Shown: positions 31,685 to 43,850 of the stretch, one piece after another
How the letters are laid out: the number at the start of each line of letters is the position of its first letter
Numbering within the stretch: the stretch's first letter is position 1
Source of the DNA: Psammoneis japonica
Taxonomy: Eukaryota
Reading direction: 5' to 3'
Assembly (NCBI GenBank): GCA_008632985.1
Contig: QPGO01000021.1
Location: 310,001 to 374,000, forward strand
DNA: 64,000 bases
Notes under the pieces: model-generated
What the model saw: the letters and a program-made list of their open reading frames with translations, nothing else
What the model was told of the DNA's origin: nothing
The model's database searches: none
Made by a program: the position numbers and the translations under genes

Positions 31685-34600
31685 ATGAATCACTCATGCG
31701 GGTCAAAGGGAGGCAAAGGTCATCATGGAGGGAGTTTTCCAGGGCAGGGTGGCAGTCCTGGCATCTGTCACCAGTGGCAAGATAAAGGCTTCTGTTGCTT
31801 TGGAAAGAGCTGCAAGTTCCAACATGTTGGTCCTTCTGGTGGCGGTGGTGGCAGAGGTCCCCAACGTTCATCATGACGTGTGGATGAGATCAATTGGTCA
31901 AAACAAGACATGACTCAATTTGTTGAGCATCTTTTGATTGTGCCCATCCACAAGCTTGATCAAGAGCTCATTGCATCTTCATCACTGTGGTGCCACTGCT
32001 GGCAGGAACAAAAGCTTTTGGATGCCAAAACTTGGCGTGCGATGATTGAAGTCTTGGCCAAGACACCAGGGTCATCTTCCATTGATCTGCCCCAGATCAA
32101 TTCATGTGAAGCAGCAATTTTGGCATTCTTGAGTGAGAATTCAGATGGCAATTCAACCATCCTGACCTCTGCAAAGACAACCTTAAAAATGCAGCATCTC
32201 ACCTTCTGCTGTTCAAGTGGGACTGCTTGCACAAACAAGTGGTTGAAGGCCTCTCAAAAATCATTGAGTCAGCAGAAGGAAAGCTGCAAAAAAGAGACAA
32301 AGAGCATTGGAATGTGGGCTTGCACATTGTGGAAGTGCTTGAAGATTTAGAGAAACCGTGGCATGTCAAAGTCAAGGAGCTTCCAAACTCTGACTTGAAA
32401 CAGCCCACCCGGGCACTCTCACTCCACAATTGGCCGTCTGCTGACATAAAATGGCTGTCAAATCCTGCATTCTTTGCTCCATTGTGCTGTCCAAAGATGC
32501 AGGTGGGTGGTGAGGGGGTGCATGATTCTCCGGAGCACTGCAATGACATTTTCTGATGGACACGCGGCTCTGGCTCCCCCCCATTGTTGCTCTCATGGAC
32601 AAAATGGAGGATGCAACAATGCTCTCTGTCCAATTTCAAATGCATTGAGTGCTCCAGCCATCAAGCATTGCAAGTGCCACAGCCAAGGATGTTCAAACCC
32701 CGTTGAATTCACATGCCGCATTCCATCTCACAATGCTCTTTGTGGCCACTGTGCAAGACAGTCAGTCTCTTGACACCTGCAGGGCCCTGGACAGAGTGCA
32801 TCCACTCATGTGTGCAACTGCAAGGTCAAGCATGTTGACTCCAGTGGCATTGGTTGCTCAAGAGATTTCAAGTCAAGAAACCCACCTCTGACCATCCATT
32901 GGAAAACTGGAAAAAGGCTGTTGCCACCGAGTCTTGTTGGGATGGTCCTGGTGTGAGCCAGCGGAAACACTCTGAATGAGAACAACAACATGTTGTGGGG
33001 TGAAGTCATGTGTCATGGGCACAATCACAATGAGGGCCGGTGTTGCAAGAATGGAGAGGTTGCCGTTGACATGGGCTCGATTTTGCCGATTGAGCCCAAC
33101 ATTTTTGAAGACCATTCGAACATTGTTGTCATTGAGTCACAAGATCCTGTCAATGTTTTGAGATGTTGTTTTGCTTGCAGTTGTCTCACATTTTGTTTCT
33201 TGCAGATTGATTGTGTGACTTTCATTCCTGAGTGGATTCCCATGTTGAAGGTGCTGGAGTCTCAGCGCAAAGTGCACTCACCTTTCAACAATGGTTGGCA
33301 CCTGAACCTTTGCCAAGAACACCCCGTGGTTGCAAGCTCATGCATTGATGATTTGTCACCTGAAGCGCTGTGTGTTTGGGGCCAATGAAACATCAATCGT
33401 GAATGAAATGATTGAAGAAAGCTTGTTGGAACCCATCCGTGAGATCCGTTTAGATGCAGAGCTTCAAAAGACACTCACCTCCAAGCTTCTTGAGCTGGTG
33501 GCAGAGACAACTCTGGACAAGAAGCAGTTTGTCAGTTTTGTGGACTCGCTGCAGAATCCAGCACACTCAACACAGGGCCCGCGGGCAATTCCAAATGGTT
33601 TGAATGAACCCATGTTTGATTCTGTTGCTCACATTGACACCTGATTTTTGCGTCACAGGCCTGGCACAGGAAAGAGCCATCTTGGCGTTGTGTTGGTCCG
33701 GGCGCTGCTCACAACACGCGAACTTTGGATGACGAAGGGTCGTTTGGTTGGTTTGCTTCCAATGTTGGTTCTGTCCTGCAAGAACCAGGCAATTGACAAT
33801 TTTCTGGTTGATCTTGTAAAGGCAGAGCCTGTCAAGCTAGCCTGCAGCAAGCTCATCCGAATCTTGGCAGCCAATCAAAGGACCCACGGTTGGCGCAGCA
33901 CTCTGAAAGAAACACCTGCCAATCTGATGCTGAAGTCAAAAAAAAGCTTTCAATGGACCAGAGTTTGATTTGACTGCAAGATTCCATCAAAGCAAATCCA
34001 CATGGTGATGTCACATCATTTCTGGCCTGTCAGCTGCCAATGTTCTCTAATGATGATGAGAAGGCAAGGGGCAACACCAGAAACAAGGCCACCCAGTTCC
34101 TCATGGAGTGCACAGTTCTTCGGCACCTTCTTCTTGCTCTTTATTCTGCTGGGCAAGTCGAGCCAAATGACAGCCAAGTGCACTGTCCAGCAGACATTGC
34201 TTCAACTCTGTCTTTCATGGAAAGAGACAAAGATTGCCGGGCTTCTGGGAAGGTGTTGCATCTGGTTTCATCAGCATCCAGTGGATCAAAGTTCGTCACA
34301 TCCCTCTTCAACAAAGAACACCACCAGATTGGAGATCGCTGGGGTGACATTCCAATGATGTGACTCAACGGAAAGGAACCTCTCCCTCACTTTGTTTTCA
34401 CACAGGCAATGGCAACAGTGATTCGTGTGGTGGGCTTGCTGTCTTGCATGAAGTTCTGCTTTGTGATGAACGCAGATGCTTTTTTGAAAACAGCTCGATT
34501 GGCTGCTGTGTTGATCCCTGCAAAGAAAACGGCAACCACTGCTCTGAGCACTGTTGCCAGATTGCTTGTTGCCGTGTGTCTAAAATTGGCAGATTGCACA

Positions 34601-37600
34601 ATTGCTGTCAAATGCATGCATGTAAAAAGTGCATTGAACTCAACATCCCAGTGAAACCTGGGCTTGACAAACCTCCTGGGAATGTTTGCGAGTCACACCC
34701 TCTCTGCACCTGTCCATCCTGTCTGGGATGTTGCACCCCAAATGCCATTTGTTGCACCAATCACCATCAAATGAAATGCAGGCCATCATGAAGAAAGGAA
34801 GGCCATGCTGTGGAGAGCCTTTGTCTGTTTGCAAGCCTTTTTGTCATGATCATTTGCACATGGCTTGCATCATGCAGTTTGACACCAAAAGCTTTTAGTC
34901 TGTTGACAGTGATTCTTCTCTTGACGATGATGATGACGCAAGAGCTGCATCATTGAATGTTGAAAGACCCAAGTGTGTGGCTACAACAACAAAGGGCCAT
35001 CCTTGCAAAGGGCTTCCAATGTCTGGCTCCAAACACTGTCATGATCATTCCCCACAACTTGCCACAGGTGTCAAAGGAGTGCCGGAAGAGGCAGTGGCAG
35101 CATCCTGCAAAGACAGTGAACTTCCACCACCTGTGGCATTGCACAAAACAGGACTTGACATCAATGAACATGGAGAACTTTGTCATTCTAACAACCCTGA
35201 TCATGCAGAGATTTCTTCTTTTGTGCCTTCTGAAAGCAGCCATTCTGCACTTGAAAAGAGGCCCAACCAAAGGGCCTCATGGGCGAGGTCAATGATTTCG
35301 ATGTGGAGTGCAAAGAAGCTGATGACCTTCAGCCCTTGCGTGATGTGTTTGAGGTGCAAAGTGCATCCAAAGATGACAATGAAGTCTCAGAAGAAGTGTC
35401 AAGTGGCGCCACAAGCTTTCATTCCACGTTGCAAGACCTTGTCTCTTCTGATCTGAATGAATGGACATGGGACATGTTGCTGGAAGAGCGATGGCACGCT
35501 TGTCACAATCCAATGGATGATCTCCATGCCCACATGAATTGTGCTGCCATCCGAGTGAAAGGTTCCTTGGTGATTGCTTGCAATGATCTGGCTCAAGTGA
35601 CAATCCATGCCAAATCTCATGTGTGCGAGAACAAATCAGTTGCAGGTGGGATGATGGTTGGTGCCATCTCCCATCTTGATTCGACACAGGCAACAAGACC
35701 ATTTGCTGTTGTTGTCGAAGAGGCCAGTGAGGTGCTTGAACCACTTCTTTTTTCATGTCTGTTTGAGTTCACTCTCAAGCTTGAGATGATTGGTGACCAC
35801 TGACAACCACACCCATCTGTCATGAGTCATTTTGACTGCAAGCTCTGCAACAGGATTGACGTCTCAATGTTTCAACATTCAATTGAAGCTCCTGTTGGAC
35901 ATGGCATTCCTTCTGCCATTTTGTCTGTCCAGTGGCAAATGTGAAGAAACATTTGCAATCTCATGCAAGACTTTTGTGCCAATGTTGTCGAGATTGAAGA
36001 CCAAGAAGCATGTGGCCTGCAGGTCATTGGCGCCAAAAGTTCCTCCACGAAAGGTTTGGTTGTCAGTCAGTCATCAACTCAGGGAAGGGTGTGCACATCA
36101 ATGAAATTTCATTGAGCATTGAATTGTCATGTGGCTTGCTCAACTTTTGCATCTGCTTGTGAGCAGGAGGGTTCCCGGCATTGCCCCTCATGTTTTTGTT
36201 TGGACGCATGGCAGCATGCAGAAACAGGCCCACACCAGGGTTTTGCGCATCAACAATTTGGAAGCCATGATGGTTTGTTCTCTGGCAGCCTGTCCAGTTG
36301 CTTGCTGCAGAGATCTGAGGTCTGGCATTGCCACTCTGACTCCCCACAAAGGACAAGAGAAAAGCTGTTCAAAGATTCATCATTTGCTCCAGCACGTCTT
36401 CTCTCAAGAGACCCCCAAACCATGGACATCTGTCATGTGAGTGTGGTTGACCACTTCCAAGGAGACAAGGAGGACATCATCATTTGCAGCCTCATTGTTG
36501 ACGAGAACTCCAAGACTGGTTTCTTCAAGCTGGTCAATCGAACAGTGGTTCTCCTCAGTCACTCGCCCTTGGTCTGCACATTGTTGGCGACAGTGGCTTT
36601 CTTGGAAGCGTGAGCATTCCAAAGCATTGGGAGGCCACATTGAAGCTTCTTGAAGGAAGTGGGAGTGATGATTCAGATCAAAAAGATGTCAGATCAAGCA
36701 ACATCTGCACCGGTCCGAGAACAGGGGACAAGCTTCCTCTCTGCCACCCCGTCCACCGGCTCGTCACCAAGACTGCAGATTCTCCCGCATTGCTTGAAGG
36801 TGATTTCTGCAATCACCTCTTCCATGTGGCCACCCATGCTTGCTTGGATGCCACTGGCCAAAGTCAACTCACAAACAAAGCTGCGCTGCAAATCTTGACT
36901 CTCCCTGTCTTCGTCATCACAGCAAAATTAACTGCCATGAGGCATTCGAGCATTCTGTCGGAGCCCTGCTGAGTGCAGACTACACACGCATTCTTGCTTT
37001 TTACAGATGCCCTGGACAGGTTGATGTGGGCCTCCAGTGTGGCCACATTGCTCACTTGGAATGCTGGAAAGAAAAGGAAATCAACAAAGGGGCTTGATCC
37101 CCACCAGTTTGCAACCTGGCTTCTCTGACCCCATTTGTCTTTGTTTCTTGTGGACACATTCCTCAGGAGTCAGATGCAAGGAACTCAAAGCACACACAGA
37201 AAATCCACCATTGTTCAGTGCAAAAATGAAGGGGTTCACGAAGCATCTTGTGGGCACAAACATCAAATGCAGCACTGGGAAATCAATGAGCACACAAATG
37301 GTGCCAAGATCTTTGACTGCCATGAAAAGGTTTTGATGATTCTTCCTCATTGTGGTCACAGACACAATGTCATTTGTGGGGTTGCACAGTCCCTCTCTCA
37401 ATGGGAAGGTGGAAGCTGCAGCCAAATGGGGAAAATCTACAAGGGTGAGACCTGTGGCATCTGAGACCACATTTGCAACAAGAGAGCTAAGATCGTCCAA
37501 AAGTGCGGTCACCACATCGAACTTCCATGCAACAAAGCTTTCGCGTGGATGCCCCATCTAAAGCCGTGTCAGACTCCGGTGCAAAAGCTGCGCCCAGCTT

Positions 37601-40600
37601 GTGGGCATCGTTGCATGCTGCCCTGCTGCAATGCATCAACAGTGACAGCCAGCCACAAGCTCACCCACTGCTGTGACTGAGTGCAAAGAAGGAAATGTGC
37701 CCAAACCACCTTCCGCAGATTTCCCACTCCCCAAATGCAACAAAACGGCAGCACTTCTCTGCAAGTGTGGCCACAAAACAAAAGTCAGCTGCTCAGATGC
37801 TCACTTGCCTCATGCTGGCTGCAAAGAAAGTGTCACAGCAGTCTCTCCCCTTTGCGGTCATCAGGTGGAAGTCAGTTGTGGTGGAGTTGATGAGTTTTGA
37901 AAAGAAATTTGGCCAAGGCTAACTTTTTCTGCCATTGTTTTGGAGTGCACCATTCACCAAAGCACAACACCTCTGCGTGATCTGAAAGGGTTGGAACCCA
38001 GGATGAAGTTGACTTTTCAAAGCTGTGAGAGACAAACAAAAACCACCATGCACTGTGGCCACAAAAAGACCATTCCTTGCCATGAATTTTTTGATTGGCT
38101 CCTCCGTGGTTGGGATTTGTCGGACTCAAAGCAAAGCTGTGACGAAATTGTGATGCCACGTCTCAGATGCCATGGCCATGAAACTGAGATGACGTGTTCA
38201 GAGGAGCAGAAAGTCAAAACAGGAACATCAATCCCGCAATGTCAAAAGGAAGTTCCACAAAAGTGCTGGAATTTTTTGAAGTGTCAACAGACTCTGCAAG
38301 CAGGGTGCAGCTTTGATGGCGAGGCTGTGTGTAGCGCCAATGCCTCATGGACTTGTCCATGCGGACATCAATTCAGCACTGAGCAATGCATGGAAGGCAC
38401 TCTGCTGGACTGCCCCAGATGCTCCTCCCCGCAGCTCTGGATGCAGCACTTTGGGCTCCTAAAGATGTCGACTGCTCTGAGCCATCAAAATTCATCAAAT
38501 TGCTGCCAGAAGGTTCTGTCAAAAAACTGAAGGACAATCCAAAGCCGCTGTCTCAGTGCAAGATGTTTGACTCCTGTGTTGTGGATGAGTGGCAGAGACC
38601 TCTGTTCTTGCTTCAGCAAGCAGTGTGCTTCCATCATCTTCAGAAAAAAACCTGCAAGCCAAAAGCTTTGACCCAAACAGATTTGCAAAAGCTGCTTCAT
38701 GCAAGTGTGTCTAGAAACTCAGGGTTCTTGTGCTGTGTGACACAGCCTTGCTCATCAGATTTTGCTGTCGCCTCTCACCTGAGTGCCTGTTGCAGAGGAG
38801 AACCTGAAACGACTTGCCAATGCAGTGAAAACTGGAGACATCACGTTGTCAGCGGGCTTGGTTTCTGCAGCAAGAACCCATTCCACTCAATCTGGACTCC
38901 CTTCCCAAAAAAAGAGAGGCGCAATGCTTGAATCTCTGCTCAGTGACAATTGCAGTTCAGTGCTTTGTCGAGAAAGAAACTTCACTGACTCAATCATTTG
39001 GGATCCTTTCCCCGCACTTGACCTCTTCCGGGTGAGACTCTCCCACAATCAACTTCTTCTGGCTGCCAACAACATGTGCGACATGTTCGAATCTCTGCAA
39101 CTGCAGCCATGATCAACTGCATTCCAGGCTCCACCTGAAGGCATTGTGATGGACCTTGCAACCTGCCACCCCGACACGGACAACAGCAATGGTCACAAAG
39201 ATGACAACAAAACTGAAGAAAAGGAAAAAATGACAGACCTCATGCTCACTGATGCTGTGCTGGAGGGTTTGAGGGTTGATCTAGACTGGCCGGGTGGAAT
39301 CCACTCACATGGGACATTGAGTTCAAATGTGAGCAAGACCTGGAGGAAAAGATGCAATTCCCAAACAAAGATGCAGCTCTGTTCAAGGCAATGTCTTTGT
39401 TGAAGAAGCTGATCACAAACACCAAAGGGGCAGCTTTGTCATTGTTGCACCTGCTGATGTCTTTGGAGATGTTGAGCCACGATCCCAACCAGGCAATGAG
39501 CCACCTTGCTGCTTTTGTGCAAGCTTCCAAAACTTGTGGATCAGGCCACAAAATCCATCTGTGGAGCCTGATTGTTGCTGCTTGCCTGGAACCCTCAAAC
39601 AAGAAGAAACTGCTGTTGACCTTTTCATCTGCATTTCCCATGCAAAAACACCTCTCACAAGAAAGTGAGCTTGACAGATTGCATGGAGGACACTCCAACA
39701 CACTGGACACTTCAAAGCCTGCAAGCTGGCAGGAAGAATCCTTGAAGAGTCAATGGCGGGACTTGCAAGAGCAACATCCCAGAGAAGCCAAATCAGAAGC
39801 AATGGACGAACTTCTTGCCCATGTGGGATTGAGAAAAATAAAAGAAGAGGCACTCTGCCTTTGGAGTTCAGCACTGCAACTTAAGAAAATGGATCCAGAG
39901 GCCCGGAAAGAGAACCGACAGTCAGCAAACTGCATCTTTGCCAGAAACCCAGGAACAGGTGAGCTTGGACACCACATCTGGACTTGGCGTTGAAGGCAAA
40001 ACATCTGTCACATGCCTTTTTGCAAAAATGCTTTGTGACTCTGGGGTTTGCAAGAAGAGCACAATCGAAAAGCCAACAGCGCAAGAAACAAAAGACGGGG
40101 GAATGGATGAATTCTGCAAGTTGGCAGCCAAGGCCCAAGATGGTGTTGTTTTCATTGATGAAGTGTGTGATCTTGATCCAGTTGGGGATTTCAAAGGAAG
40201 GCCAATTGCAAACGAGCTCCTCACCTTGTGCAAAAACAGACATGATGAAATCTCATCCATTCTTGCCGGGTGCAAAGATGATTTCGAGAAGAAGTTCTTC
40301 GCCTGCAACAATGGCTTGAGAAGTAGATTCTGTTTTTGCATCTTTGAAGATTTTGATGAAGATGAGTTGCACACCATCTGGGCTGATCTCCGTGTCCAAA
40401 AATGATGGGATGAAGTTGAAGGGGTGTCAATGGTTGCGGCAAAATGCTGGTCAAGAAAGCCAGTCAAAAGGCTTTGGAAACGCACGTGATGTGAGAAAGT
40501 GCCTGAAGAGGCAATGCAGTCAGCAATGGGTGACTGGGCAATGATTTCAACATGGCCAACATGAAAATTGAGATCCAGCACGTTGTTGGTCAGGATCCTT

Positions 40601-42290
40601 GACTTTCCAATGAGAAACTCCAGAGAGTTCACAGAGAGATTGACAAAAAAATTGGATGGGGCCGTGTCAAGAAATTGTGGGAGAACTTGTCAACTTGTGC
40701 GGCATCAACTGTGAATGAGAGCTGCAAGGGAAACTGCCTCTTGACATTTTTCTCAATCGAGTGTTTGTCGGTGACCTGGGTGAGTGAATCTTGACATCGT
40801 CCCCACACGCACTCTTTGTGAACTCACATTGACTGAGTGCCCTCCTTGATGAAGGCACCGGCAAAACCACCTGCGGCAAGCTGTGCTGATGGCTGTTAAA
40901 GGAGCTTGGATTTACAAGCAACGGCGCAGTTGTGTCAAAGGCAGTGAGTGATTTTGCAGGAAGCGCAGTCGGAGAGTCTCAAACAAAAACCACAAATGTC
41001 CTTGAAAGTGCCGGTGGCAAAGTGTTGGTCATTGACAAAGCCCATGTCCTTGATGATGGTCTGCATGGAAAACAAGTTCTCAACACTTTGATTGAGAAAG
41101 TTCAAGGAGGTCCGTCAGATGACATTGCTGCTGCTCTCCTCTTGGGCTGTGAGGAGCAGATGCTGGCATCAACTTGAAACCAAAATTCTGGACTTGCACA
41201 GCATTTTCTGAAAATTCGCGCTTTCTGCTTTGACAACTGCAACAACAATGAGCTGCTCCAAATTGTCAGCTTGAATTTGAAGACAAACAATGTCAAGGCC
41301 AGCATTGAGTTTAATGAAAAGGCCCTGGAGACTTTCTTCATCAGCAGAGATGCCAAGCAAATTTTGGAAATGCCGGTGCTGCTGAGCTCATTGCAAAGGG
41401 AGTGACATTAAAAGCAACAAAATGCCTTGGTGCTTCATTGGGCACTCCAACGCTGGAGGACATGGACATTGATGATCTTGGTGTTGCTTGATCCAAGAAG
41501 GATGACAATCCTCTCAAGCAGCTGGACAGCCTTTTCTGGATGGAGAAGGTGAAGGAACAGCTGGACAACATGAAGAAGACTTGGGCAGTTTTGAAGAGTG
41601 GTGGCAACGACCAGCCGTCATTGGGGCACTTTGTGTTTGCAGGGTCACCAGGTGCTGCGTTCAATTGTCAACACAAAAAATGCACATGGTTTCTTGATGG
41701 CCACAGCTGGTCATTGTGTTTTTCACCTTTGGTTTGAATCAACAAGGCACGGGTGAGACAACAGTCTCACAAACCATTGCACAAGTGCTGTTTGGATTGG
41801 GGCTTCTCAAGATTGTCGAATCATTGGGACATGAAATGATGGGAGATTTTGTGAGCCAGACCAAGACAAAGGTGAACGAACAAGCTCTGAGAGCAAGGCC
41901 AAGGGTGGCATTCTTTTCATCCATGAAGCACATGACCTGGGAACTGGCCCTCATGGAAAGGAGGCATGTGACACCAAGGAGCTTCAACAAGCCAAGCAGC
42001 TGGAGAGAGAATGACTCAAAGAATTGAAACGGCAAGAGGAAGCGCGCCAACGGCTCTTGGTTGAACAGGCAGCGAAAGAGGCCGAAACGTGAAAGCACTG
42101 CAAAGAAGAGCTGGAATGCATTCAGAGAGAGTTGGAATGCAAAGAGCAAAAACATGCCATCTGCCATGCAGAAGAAGCAGAGTGCAAGAGGAGGCACCTG
42201 GAAGATGAGCGACGAAAGCGAGCGGAAGAAGAGTGACTTGAACGTGAGCAAAAGACTCGCAGAAGAATGGAAATGATGCAATGACTCCAG
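31685..42290 (+). pseudogene. Giant ZNFX1/UPF1-like SF1 helicase with CCCH and NF-X1-type zinc fingers plus three CbbX/SpoVK-like AAA domains, heavily decayed
   Basis: CHQWQDKGFCCFGKSCKFQH. QGP|PGTGKS, VVEEASEVLE, IGDH, VVDHFQGDKEDIII, NRTVVLLS. Many CGH repeats. NPGTG|KT + FIDE, G|TGKTT + VIDKA, SPG|TGETT. Many stops and frameshifts, TA and CG depleted. Confidence 0.8.
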
Positions 42291-42854
42291 ACGATTTGAC
42301 CTTGTCCCATGGGATTCTCTTGGTGTGGACATGGTCAAAGATGGAGATGCGGCGGCAGGTCCCACTTTCATCAGTGACAGTGAACTCAAACAACGACTCG
42401 CTTGCGATTTGTGAGACAGAGGTGCAAACTCGATCGGCACTCATGTTTCATTCGGTCGTTGACATTTGACGTTAACCACACCAGTTGTGCATGGCAGTAC
42501 ATGGTGGTGAAATCGTTTGCTGTCTTTAATTTCAAATTACAACCTGTGCCGCAACATCGCATCTGAAGTCGAAGTTGGCGGGGGGCACGGGCGGGCAGAC
42601 GGCAAGTTGGATGTCTGTCTATCTGTCGCAAGCAGATATATAGATTTATTCGTTTCTGATAATCTGTTTTACAGCATTGCGGCCGTTGAGAAAAGTCGAT
42701 TGAATCAGTCGACTCAATCCTCACCCAACCATTCGCGCGAGCAAATCACGCAAGAAAAACGAAAGCAGCAAACACACACAACCGGCACCACCGGACGTCG
42801 TCGCAATCGTGTCATTTGCAGGGCTTTCAACGATAAAAGCCAACACAACACATC

Positions 42855-43766
42855 ATGGTAAGGACGATTATACAAACGAGAAATGTACTGTTGATTACGA
42901 CTTGTGGTTTCTTCGTTCTTTATGGAAGTTACAACCGCCATATCTCGTGGTTGGTCATCGCACCTGCTTCTGCGTAGAAATTGTACTGCGCTCTACGTAA
43001 AACTCATCCGTTCTGGTATGTTTTGGGCTCAATTTTCTGATTCTTATGTTAGGCTGACATTCAGTATTGGGAAGACACGTTACGCGATGAGATTGACGAG
43101 ATTCATAGCTTACTTGACGAGGCTGCGGATGCCCAGGGCGCAGAACGTTCGTCTCTGATTTCTCAGGCCGAAAAGAACATCCGCAAGGCGCAGGGAACGA
43201 AGCGTTCCTTCAAAATGGAGGCTCGTTTGGTGAGCGATCCCAATCAACGAAAAAAATTCGAGAGTCGATTGAAGAAGCTGGATGAAGAATTAAAGGCGGC
43301 AGTAACCGACATGCGAGCCATGCGTTCGGAGAGTCAACGCGGAGAACTGTTTGTCGGAGCCGCGTCGGGTGCTGCGGCTGATAACGGTGAGATGGATGAT
43401 GTGAAAAAGGGAGACGTCATGTTGAACGAAGCAAAGGCCTTGCAAGATAAGACACAACAATCTCTAGACAATACCAAACGGCTTGTGGCAGAGTCAAAGG
43501 AAGTGGGTGTATCGACGTTGGAAGAATTGGAACGACAACGGCAGACGATTGAAAGGGTTGATGCTGAAGTGGATCGGATCGAAGACAATTTGCAACGTGC
43601 GGACAAACTTATTAAGCATTTTGGGAAGCGCATGGCTTCTGATAAGTTTATCCAATGCTTTGCTGTGATTAATGTCTTGCTCTTGGTGGGAGTGATTCTC
43701 TATGCCATCTTTGGAAACGGATCGCTATCCGGCAACGGTGGATCACCAGCAAACCCACTAGGCTGA
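42855..43766 (+). CDS. Qb-SNARE (VTI1/NPSN-like), 2 exons (42855-42857, 43053-43766)
   Basis: ATG|gtaagg...gttag intron then in-frame ADIQYWEDTL...; helical N-terminus, SNARE motif (TLEELERQRQTI), C-terminal TM helix. Confidence 0.85.
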
Positions 43767-43850
43767 GTCAAACGAGAGAAAAAGTGCTGTACATTGTGCT
43801 ATTCTTCAAATGATTACGTCGTATCTGTAGCAACATGCTTTGTATCAGAA

